Positions 46,315-54,088 of a DNA stretch of 54,088 nt are shown piece by piece (position 1 is the stretch's first letter; every line of letters begins with the position of its first letter). This DNA comes from Eubacteriales bacterium (GTDB taxonomy: Bacteria; Bacillota; Clostridia; Oscillospirales; CAG-272). Below the pieces are notes generated by a model. It was not told the origin of the DNA. It saw only the letters and a list, made by a program, of their open reading frames with translations, and made no database searches. Position numbers and translations under genes: made by a program. The stretch covers positions 67,112 to 121,199 of the forward strand of contig JAZOMF010000075.1 in NCBI GenBank assembly GCA_045653805.1, written 5' to 3'.

Positions 46315-46812
46315 TCAAGAACCCTTTACAAGGACTACAGTAAATGAGCCGCCTTCCTCAACGAGGTATTCGCTCATCTTCTGGTCATTGACAAAAGTCT
46401 TATCCTGAAGCTTGCTGTCTGCAAGTATTTTATCTATATCGTGACCAACGCCAACTGCGAATGCCCAGTAGTCTCCTTTTTCAATGTTAGCCTTACCGTC
46501 GTTACCTGCACCAATTTGAACGAGAGTGTTATCAGTAATAACACACTTTATACCACCTTCGGGCTCGATCGCAAGATAATCACTGATTATATTAAGTATA
46601 GTGGGAGCTTCATGACCCTTGTAGTTGTAGTCAACCGCATCGGCAATCATTGTACCCTTTCCATCAAATATCTGGAAAGAAACCGTCATATCATAAAAAT
46701 CCTGCTCGGGCATAACGATGCTCTCAAGGTCTACATCATCACAAGAGATAAAAGCACAGCCCAAAAGCATGCATACAAGCACTATTGATACAATTCTGAT
46801 AATCTTCATCAA
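46315..46812 (-). CDS. Lipoprotein, possibly DUF4430-like domain
   Basis: Lipobox FISC; PTILNII, YWAFAV, SEYLVEEG pattern; own TTGACA-17-TATAAT promoter at 46849-46877; start could be ATG 46809. Confidence 0.65.
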   Translation of the reverse strand: MMKIIRIVSIVLVCMLLGCAFISCDDVDLESIVMPEQDFYDMTVSFQIFDGKGTMIADAVDYNYKGHEAPTILNIISDYLAIEPEGGIKCVITDNTLVQIGAGNDGKANIEKGDYWAFAVGVGHDIDKILADSKLQDKTFVNDQKMSEYLVEEGGSFTVVLVKGS

Positions 46813-46906
46813 AAAAATCCTCCAAAAAGGTATTAATAACTATGATAAATTATACTACACTTTAAGGAGTTTGTCAATAGCTTTTATAAATTTTATTACA
46901 TATACC

Positions 46907-47407
46907 TTATATATTCAGCACCACATATCCGCTCACAAAAAGCACATATGCCATCCACACAGTGTAGACTCCCATGATAATCGAGGCTGCTATAGATACC
47001 CGACTCCAACAAAAAATACATAACAGAGAGCACACTAAAGTCAACAATGCCAAAACAAGTGCTATTACCATTCTCTCACCAACAAACAGCAAAGGATAAT
47101 GTGCAAGAGATAGCAGATACATACCTACAAAAACCATTCCGCCGCGATATGCCCATATTTCCCCTTCTCTGCAAGTCCTCTCTGAAAGAACGACATAAGC
47201 TACTGTTCCAAGTGCATAGCCTATCAAAAATCCAAAAATGACCGTGGATAGACACCACATCCAAACGGGCGGTATCATTTTGTAAACACCTATTTTATGG
47301 GCCACATCATAAGGACTTCCTGCAATCAATATAACTATAACATTTACTGCAGCAAGCACTCCTCCCATAATCAATGCAATATTATTATTTTTTAATTTAG
47401 AAGACAT
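46907..47407 (-). CDS. TspO/MBR tryptophan-rich sensory protein-like
   Basis: About 5 TM helices, PPVW.W motif, S..A...Y..W..Y C-terminal pattern; GAGGTG RBS. Confidence 0.65.
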   Translation of the reverse strand: MSSKLKNNNIALIMGGVLAAVNVIVILIAGSPYDVAHKIGVYKMIPPVWMWCLSTVIFGFLIGYALGTVAYVVLSERTCREGEIWAYRGGMVFVGMYLLSLAHYPLLFVGERMVIALVLALLTLVCSLLCIFCWSRVSIAASIIMGVYTVWMAYVLFVSGYVVLNI

Positions 47408-47417
47408 TTTACACCTC

Positions 47418-47450
47418 AAAAAAACCGTGTTAACGACCGTTAACACAGTT
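47418..47450 (-). terminator. Intrinsic terminator after PBP gene
   Basis: AACTGTGTTAACG/CGTTAACACGGTT plus T-run on minus strand. Confidence 0.75.
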
Positions 47451-47459
47451 TATGAAGCC

Positions 47460-49487
47460 TTATTCTTCTTTATGCTTTATATTGAACCAGCCAATGTCGC
47501 TTTTATATACTGTATCACCCGCGTCATCGGTTACAGGGCTTTGGTAAGTCAATATCTGCACGGTTTCGGGAACAGAAAATTCGGTTTTCTTGTATCGACC
47601 TGTTATATTATATATTTCGCTCATTACCTCATCCCAGATATAGACCGAAAGGTTGCCTCCGAACCCCTCTAAGCTTTTGGGATAATCGTATCCAAACCAC
47701 ACTCCACAAAGCAGCTCGGGGGTATAACCTATAAAGTATCTGTCACAGCAATTACTACTGGTTCCCGACTTTCCCGCTACCGCCACGTAATTATCAAGCA
47801 TAATTTTGCCTGCGGCAGTTCCGCTGTCAACCACTGTCTCAAGCAGTCGCGTCATAATAGCCGCGGTTTCCCTTGTAATAACAGGGATTATTTGCGACTG
47901 TGACTCTAATATTATTTTTCCTTGTGAATCGGTAACCTTGTAATATGAGCGCGGGCGACTCATGCTGCCATCTTCAAATATCGAATACGCGGCAGTGAGC
48001 TCGCGCAAGGTCAATCCATGTGTAGGTTGCCCCAACGCCAGCGATGCATACCCCAAATCCTTCGATTCATCCAAGCTTGAAATCAAAAGCTTATTTTTAA
48101 GAAAATCCATCGAATTTGTACTACCAAGCATGTCAAGTATCTTCACGGGAACCGTATTCAACGAATGCTCCACGGCATATTTAATATCTACAAGTCCTCT
48201 GTACTTTCGATCTACATTTTGCGGCCAGCATCGCTCGGTATCTATTGGAGAATCCTCAAAAATACTGCTCCACTCGATAACTCCACCATCCATAGCGGGA
48301 GCATACACCGACAGAGGCTTGATGGTAGATCCGGGAGGTCTTTTTACATCGGTTGCATAATTCTGAACTCTATTACCCAACTTTTGACCGACAGCACCCG
48401 CAACACCCATAATATCTCCCGTATATGGGTCGATTACAATAACAGCCGACTGCGCCATTTTCCTATTACTGTCGATTGGAAAATTATATTCATTGGCATA
48501 ATATTCTTCAACCAATGTCTGTACGGTTTTGTCCATAGCGGTATATACCTTATATCCACCACGATAAAGCATCAGAGCCGCTGCGCTTCTGCCTATATCA
48601 TATTTTCGGCAAAGATCACCTATCACGTCCTCGGTAACCATATCTATATACCAAGAATTTATACTGTTTTTGGCTTTGTCGCTCTTATTCAGCTTTATGG
48701 GGGCTTCACACGCCTCGATATACTGCTCCTTTGAAATATAATTCTGCTCATACATACAGAAAAGTATTGTATCTCTTCGTTTTTTATTGTTTTCGGGATG
48801 CTTTGCAGGATCGTAAAGCGAGGGATTATTAGTTATTGCGGCAATGGTGGCACATTCTGCCAATGTCAGCTCGGAGGGTTTTTTAGAATAATAATATTCC
48901 GCAGCGGCACCAACCCCCATACATCCTCCCGACAGATTTATCACATTCAAATATTGCTCCAAAATCTCCCTTTTGTCATAGGTTTTTTCAAGACGTATTG
49001 CCGCAAATGCTTCATTGATTTTTCTTTGAACCGTAGCTTCATCCCTACCTGTCAGGTTCTTTACAAGCTGTTGTGTTATAGTTGAGCCACCGAACCTTTT
49101 CCGTCCCGCAAGGTAATTAAATACAGCTTTGGTTGTACGGATGGGATCGACGCCGAAGTGATCGTAAAAGCGCTTGTCCTCTATTGCAATAAAGGCGTTT
49201 ATAAGGTCATCGGGAATCTGGTCAAGAGAGACGTAGGCATATCGTATTCCACCATCTAAAACAGCTCCTTCTATGGTTTTAGGCTTTGCTGACTTGGTAT
49301 TTTCCCTCGTATTATCATAGTCAAAACAATAAAATTCGGTTTTTCTCGATGACGGATCAACAGTAATAATTTTTTCTTCTGCATTTGTATGTCGAGCCAC
49401 AAAAATCGCAGCCGCAGAAAGCCCAACCGAAAAAACCAACGATGAAATTATCAAAAAAATAAGAATCGTTTTCAAAAATGTTTTCAT
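47460..49487 (-). CDS. Class A penicillin-binding protein (transglycosylase/transpeptidase)
   Basis: EDKRFYDHFGVD, GSTITQQLVKN, RKINE; STIK, SLN, KSGT; ATG 49487 behind GGAGG. Confidence 0.95.
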   Translation of the reverse strand: MKTFLKTILIFLIISSLVFSVGLSAAAIFVARHTNAEEKIITVDPSSRKTEFYCFDYDNTRENTKSAKPKTIEGAVLDGGIRYAYVSLDQIPDDLINAFIAIEDKRFYDHFGVDPIRTTKAVFNYLAGRKRFGGSTITQQLVKNLTGRDEATVQRKINEAFAAIRLEKTYDKREILEQYLNVINLSGGCMGVGAAAEYYYSKKPSELTLAECATIAAITNNPSLYDPAKHPENNKKRRDTILFCMYEQNYISKEQYIEACEAPIKLNKSDKAKNSINSWYIDMVTEDVIGDLCRKYDIGRSAAALMLYRGGYKVYTAMDKTVQTLVEEYYANEYNFPIDSNRKMAQSAVIVIDPYTGDIMGVAGAVGQKLGNRVQNYATDVKRPPGSTIKPLSVYAPAMDGGVIEWSSIFEDSPIDTERCWPQNVDRKYRGLVDIKYAVEHSLNTVPVKILDMLGSTNSMDFLKNKLLISSLDESKDLGYASLALGQPTHGLTLRELTAAYSIFEDGSMSRPRSYYKVTDSQGKIILESQSQIIPVITRETAAIMTRLLETVVDSGTAAGKIMLDNYVAVAGKSGTSSNCCDRYFIGYTPELLCGVWFGYDYPKSLEGFGGNLSVYIWDEVMSEIYNITGRYKKTEFSVPETVQILTYQSPVTDDAGDTVYKSDIGWFNIKHKEE

Positions 49488-49606
49488 ATTCACGCCTCCG
49501 CAAGTCCTTGAAAAATATTTTTCCTCAAAAAAAGAATTATATCTGCTTTTTTGAGAAAAATATGTATACAATATTTATTTCAAAAGATAATCAGAGGTGT
49601 TTATAG

Positions 49607-49852
49607 ATGAAACTTACAAATTTAGCACGAGCTGCGGCTTTACTTGCGTTATTTGCCGCACTGCTTATCAATGCTTATTCCAATTATAAAAGCATGGAGT
49701 CTTATGACAAAATGCGAAGTAGCATGAGCGACTTAAAAAACAAGCTCTGCGACATGCGGGCTACCGCTAATTGCCTTTCGAGAAAGCTTTGCGCCCAGAA
49801 GGCAGATCTCGCGTTTCGCGAAAGCACATCGGATGAAATAATGAGCTTATAA
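49607..49852 (+). CDS. Small protein with N-terminal TM/signal and coiled coil
   Basis: AGAGGTG RBS, hydrophobic helix then heptad-like helix, followed by terminator. Confidence 0.5.
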   Translation: MKLTNLARAAALLALFAALLINAYSNYKSMESYDKMRSSMSDLKNKLCDMRATANCLSRKLCAQKADLAFRESTSDEIMSL

Positions 49853-49881
49853 CAGTTGTATCCCACAGTTAGTTATGCAAA

Positions 49882-49906
49882 AAAGAGTGCCCATCGGGCA
49901 CTCTTT
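49882..49906. terminator. Bidirectional terminator
   Basis: AAAGAGTGCCC/GGGCACTCTTT. Confidence 0.8.
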
Positions 49907-49911
49907 AACTT

Positions 49912-50712
49912 TTATTTTGAACAAACATCTATCTCTAAAACCTCGCAAGGATTGAAAAATCTTGGAATAGGCTTCACATTGTTAGCTGCTCCGCGGCTTA
50001 TAATATGTCTGCCATCGTGTATTCCCGAAGTGAATTTCGGGAATATACCTTGATGAGGCGCATAAACACCTCTTTCAAATATTCTCCACTGCCCACCGTG
50101 AGCATGGCCCGACAATATAAGATCAATGCTCGTATCGGCAAGATATTCATCATAATAATGAGGGTAGTGACAGAGCAAAATTTTAAATCCTTCAATCTTG
50201 TCATAAGCCGAAAGAAATTGAATATCGGGTTTTGGCGTATTTAAGGCGGGATCCTTGTCCCTTCCGCAAACCAATCCTCCAACGAATATTCTACTCTTGT
50301 TTGACTCTTCACTATTTCCCAGGCATATCTCCGCATACTCATCATTGATAACCTTTATTCCGCACGACTTTATTCTTTCTAAATATTGTTCGCCAAGACT
50401 TTTATCGGGAGTTTTCGAATGTCCGAGCTTGGCGTGGGAATAGAAAATCTCATGGTTACCATAACAATAATAGCAAGGCGCGATTTTAACTGCCTCCTCA
50501 AGAAAATTCAAGCCGTTCTGATTTCGTTTATCCATATAAGGAGCGGCTATTTCCACAATATCACCGGGAAGCAGAATTACATCGGGGGATATTTTTTCCA
50601 AGGCACGCAAAACACTTTTATAAGGGCGCGCGTGCAGATCGGATACTACCCCAAATTGGGCTTTGATTCCCTTTTTATCTGTCAATATTTCATATCTGCT
50701 GATCTTCATCAA
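49912..50712 (-). CDS. Calcineurin-like metallophosphoesterase (YkuE-like)
   Basis: SDLH, PGD, GNHE, LCH.P, SGHAHGGQ, SRG. Confidence 0.9.
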   Translation of the reverse strand: MMKISRYEILTDKKGIKAQFGVVSDLHARPYKSVLRALEKISPDVILLPGDIVEIAAPYMDKRNQNGLNFLEEAVKIAPCYYCYGNHEIFYSHAKLGHSKTPDKSLGEQYLERIKSCGIKVINDEYAEICLGNSEESNKSRIFVGGLVCGRDKDPALNTPKPDIQFLSAYDKIEGFKILLCHYPHYYDEYLADTSIDLILSGHAHGGQWRIFERGVYAPHQGIFPKFTSGIHDGRHIISRGAANNVKPIPRFFNPCEVLEIDVCSK

Positions 50713-50734
50713 ATTCTTCCTTACAATAAAAAAT

Positions 50735-53044
50735 TCATTCGTTCAGGCTTATTCTGCACCAGTCAGGTACAACACGATATTCAATGCCATCCATACCACT
50801 GCTTTCATAATACGATGCTCGTGTTTCATTACTGAATACAATATATTCGGTTCTGTCATTTTCAGGAACCGTGTATGGTGTTTTCAAATTTGGACCTGAA
50901 TCACCAAAAATGATAAAATTAGAATTTCTCAAACGCCTCTCAATTTCGGAAATTCCGTCGCATTCATTATACGCCGACGAGCAATACGTGAGAACCTCCT
51001 TATCGGTTATTATACATACCGTCGAAATGGGTTTAACAGAGCGATCTATACTATAATTATTTATCCTCATATTCGTGTTCTCAAAAAGAGACAACGCGTC
51101 GCCATCTTCATATATAAACACCTTTACGCCGTACGTCTCCGCCTTGCTGACCAACATCTTCATGATGCCCAAATCATCCTCATTCTTCGGATAGGGTAAC
51201 CATAGCTCATGCACCTTTTCCTTGGTGAACATCATCTGAAGTGAAGAGTTGTGGTAATTCAAATACTTGGTCAAAACTATCGCCCTAACGTCTACTGCTC
51301 TGGCATCATACATAACGTCCAGCGCTTTATAATATGAGGTGTTGCTGCCGTTTCCAACGTCACATATTATAGCATTTCCTACATTATCTGTTAGCACCAG
51401 CATATCCGAGCTTGTATTCACATTAACATAGGTAACGTCTATCTTTCCCTTTCCGGTTCCGTTATAAAACGAGATCATTACAACAAACAACACCACCACC
51501 GACACAAACGGAATTAGAGAAATAAAAATATTTCTCCTCTTGACCGCCAAAGAATACACCAGCGCTATTCCCAGAAGTAATGCAATTATCAGAATAAAAG
51601 GATAATTAATAGAAACTATCGTAGTTTCGCGGTTGGATATCCAACTGCAAAAACTTACCATAACATCGGCAAGCCGCATAAGTATTGCTGAAATCACCGT
51701 TGCTATAAATCCTACCTTAGAGAAGATAAGAAGTAACAATGACATTATTATAATTCCGGCTGTCGGAAGTGCTAAAACAATAGAAGAAACTACCGTATAG
51801 AACGAATATCGTTTAATAAATACACATAATACTATGATGAGCGGTATAGTTGCGAAAAGAGACACAGCTATCAAAGATAAAAACTTTACACTCCACTTTT
51901 TGATCGCAGGATGCCAATTATACTGAGAGACAAACCGTTTCATGTAATCTGTGAAAGGACTCATATAAACAAGAATACCTAACGTTGCAGCAAACGACAT
52001 CCAAAAAGCGCCATCAATAACCGAACCGGGGAATATCAGCATTAGCACAACTGCGGCTATAGAAAGCGACGTAAGCGAATCCGGAACTGTGTCGAATAGC
52101 CAAGAAGCATAAACACAAAGTAGCATTATAACGGATCGTGCCGCCGAAATTTGAACCCCGGTAATGCAGAGATAAAATATGGAGCAAACAGAAAGTATAA
52201 TACCTATCTTTTTACGGGATATGCCCAGTTTTTTCAAAAAGAACATCAAACATCCCATTATAATGCTCATATGCATACCGCTCAAAGCAAGAATATGAGA
52301 TGCACCGGCGCGAGTAAAGTCTCTTTTGACGGTATCGGAAAGATCATCTTTGTTTCCAAGGAAGATCGCAGAACATATACTTGCCGTCTGCCCGTCGTGC
52401 CAATACGAAAAGATGTCAGATGCCTCTTTATTCAGCATTTCAAAATACAGTCGGGGATGAAATACTTTTGTATCTATTACGTCTATTGAAAACTCATCCT
52501 CTGAAACGTATTCGATAAAAATTTTATCTGAATACATAGCAAGCTTTTCGTTATAGCTTCCATTTGAGCTGTCAAACCCTCTTCCAAGCGCACTGTTTAC
52601 TTTAATTTTGTATCCTTTGGAAAGAGGCAAGGTGTATTTGCACGAAAGCATTGCTTTATGATGGGTGCTCTCACCATCTATCTCGGTAACTATAATTTCA
52701 AACGTAGATATTGTATTATCAGGATAACTGCTATCTATTACGATAGCCTCTATATCGTGATATTCATTGTGATATTTTTCCACACCCTTAGCCGCTACGT
52801 CAAAATAAGTGTATGATGAAGCAAGGGATGTTATCGATAAAATCGACGATAATATAACACATAAAAGCACATATTTGGAAACTCTTTTTAATATAAAATA
52901 AATGAGCACAAAAATAACCGCCAGGAGCAATACTACCGATATAAGCAACAGCTTGTATTTAGGCGGTGCGAAATATCCGACAACCGAAAATAACAGGAAA
53001 ACCATGCAAGACAGGAATAGGGGTCTGTTATGAAAAATATTCAT
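50735..53044 (-). CDS. comEC: ComEC/Rec2 competence channel protein
   Basis: N-terminal TM and OB region, GASHILALSGMH, FWMSFAAT.GI, C-terminal beta-lactamase-like fold (ICDVG); ATG 53044 behind AAAGGAG. Confidence 0.9.
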   Translation of the reverse strand: MNIFHNRPLFLSCMVFLLFSVVGYFAPPKYKLLLISVVLLLAVIFVLIYFILKRVSKYVLLCVILSSILSITSLASSYTYFDVAAKGVEKYHNEYHDIEAIVIDSSYPDNTISTFEIIVTEIDGESTHHKAMLSCKYTLPLSKGYKIKVNSALGRGFDSSNGSYNEKLAMYSDKIFIEYVSEDEFSIDVIDTKVFHPRLYFEMLNKEASDIFSYWHDGQTASICSAIFLGNKDDLSDTVKRDFTRAGASHILALSGMHMSIIMGCLMFFLKKLGISRKKIGIILSVCSIFYLCITGVQISAARSVIMLLCVYASWLFDTVPDSLTSLSIAAVVLMLIFPGSVIDGAFWMSFAATLGILVYMSPFTDYMKRFVSQYNWHPAIKKWSVKFLSLIAVSLFATIPLIIVLCVFIKRYSFYTVVSSIVLALPTAGIIIMSLLLLIFSKVGFIATVISAILMRLADVMVSFCSWISNRETTIVSINYPFILIIALLLGIALVYSLAVKRRNIFISLIPFVSVVVLFVVMISFYNGTGKGKIDVTYVNVNTSSDMLVLTDNVGNAIICDVGNGSNTSYYKALDVMYDARAVDVRAIVLTKYLNYHNSSLQMMFTKEKVHELWLPYPKNEDDLGIMKMLVSKAETYGVKVFIYEDGDALSLFENTNMRINNYSIDRSVKPISTVCIITDKEVLTYCSSAYNECDGISEIERRLRNSNFIIFGDSGPNLKTPYTVPENDRTEYIVFSNETRASYYESSGMDGIEYRVVPDWCRISLNE

Positions 53045-53186
53045 AGTAATAGCTCCTTTCTTTATCTTGTATTTGGTCAGATGTTCAAAAAATACAACTT
53101 TTTTCAAAAATTGCTTGACAAAAGCATAAAAAAAATATATAATAGAGTCACTATATGTCGCTACGCGACGGATTGGAGATTTTAAA

Positions 53187-53411
53187 ATGTTCGAAACACT
53201 TAAGAATATTCTCATGGAAGAGCTTCAGGTAAAGGAAGATGTTATAACTCTTGATGCTGAGCTCGCTTCCGACCTTGGAATCAACTCCATAGAATTGGCT
53301 GACCTTGTTATGCTTTGCGAGGAAAAGTTTGATCTTACTATTGAGGACGAAGATCTTCATAGCTTCATCACCGTTGGTGACGTTGTTGAATACCTTGAAA
53401 ATCACGCTTAA
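53187..53411 (+). CDS. acpP: Acyl carrier protein
   Basis: DLGINSIELADL, EEKFDLTI, TVGDVVEYL; promoter TTGACA-16-TATAAT at 53115-53142. Confidence 0.9.
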   Translation: MFETLKNILMEELQVKEDVITLDAELASDLGINSIELADLVMLCEEKFDLTIEDEDLHSFITVGDVVEYLENHA

Positions 53412-53433
53412 GATCAATTAATCCTTATACATT

Positions 53434-53465
53434 ATCCGCATCTGTTTTGCACAGATGCGGATTTT
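53434..53465 (+). terminator. Intrinsic terminator
   Basis: ATCCGCATCTGT/ACAGATGCGGAT plus T-run. Confidence 0.8.
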
Positions 53466-53473
53466 GTTTTATC

Positions 53474-54088
53474 TTACATGGGATAGCATATGTGGGTATC
53501 TGCGCCGCATTTTATCAGCGCATCTCTTGCCGCGATAGCCCTCTCCTCACAGTCGAATATTCCAAAAACCGAGGTACCGCTGCCGCTCATCATAGCTCCC
53601 GATGCTCCGTGATCGGTCATAATACGCTTAAGCTCGGTGACCGCAGGTCTCTCACACTCCACCACCGTTTCAAAAATATTGAAAAGTCCACGGCAATATT
53701 TTGCGGCGCTTTCGTGATTTTCAATATCAAACAAAGCATTGTAATATTCTATATTGACGGCATAATCGGTAAAATTATCAAATTTGATATCAAGAGCCTT
53801 ATATGCGGCGGGAGTAGACATTCCCTCGCCCTTTTTTGCTATAACGATGGGAAACGCAGGCATAGACTCAATGGTGGTAAGTATCTCTCCAATACCCTCA
53901 ACAATGCAAGCGCCTCTCTTTATACAAAAAGGAACATCGGCACCGAGTTTCGCCCCCAAGGAGCAAAGCTCTTCAAGAGAAAGCTTATCTCCGCATATCT
54001 GATTCAGTGCAATCAGTGTAGCCGCCGCATCTGCGCTACCGCCTGCCAAGCCTGCCGAAACGGGAATTCTTTTTTCTATTTTCACTAC
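53474..54088 (-). CDS. ispE: 4-diphosphocytidyl-2-C-methyl-D-erythritol kinase (5' end outside window)
   Basis: KRIPVSAGLAGGSADAAA, GADVPFC, GIGE, STP.AY, MMSGSG. Confidence 0.95.
   Translation of the reverse strand, partial: VVKIEKRIPVSAGLAGGSADAAATLIALNQICGDKLSLEELCSLGAKLGADVPFCIKRGACIVEGIGEILTTIESMPAFPIVIAKKGEGMSTPAAYKALDIKFDNFTDYAVNIEYYNALFDIENHESAAKYCRGLFNIFETVVECERPAVTELKRIMTDHGASGAMMSGSGTSVFGIFDCEERAIAARDALIKCGADTHICYPM

Noticed and set aside
45650-53050. More AT-rich, minus-strand block as a possible genomic island
   Set aside because: Contains ordinary chromosomal genes (PBP, comEC, kinase); no integrase, tRNA, direct repeats or transposase

Overview
A 54 kb, gene-dense core-genome window from a spore-forming Clostridia-type Firmicute (polC, T-box leader, spoIIID, pdaA, near-consensus sigma-A promoters). 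It runs from the 3' part of alaS through uxaC, rsuA, tex, an MsmX-type ABC ATPase, T-box-thrS, the pyrH-frr-uppS-cdsA-dxr-rseP-ispG-polC cluster, dut, a COG0523 GTPase pair, sporulation and cell-wall genes, rlmB, a B12-radical-SAM gene pair, a class A PBP, comEC and acpP to the 3' part of ispE. I see no tRNA, rRNA, CRISPR array, transposase, integrase or prophage. The best novelty candidates are: (1) a 984-aa protein that looks like a catalytically dead, actuator-less P1B-type ATPase fused to a long acidic disordered arm, sitting between rlmB and the radical-SAM pair; (2) an orphan sigma-A promoter driving a structured non-coding region convergent with spoIIID; (3) an HTH-TPR (RRNPP-like) regulator coupled to a lipoprotein; (4) several apparent pseudo-enzymes (MgsA-like, flavodoxin-like, the ComEC nuclease domain). 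All family calls come from motif recognition by eye; no database search was run.
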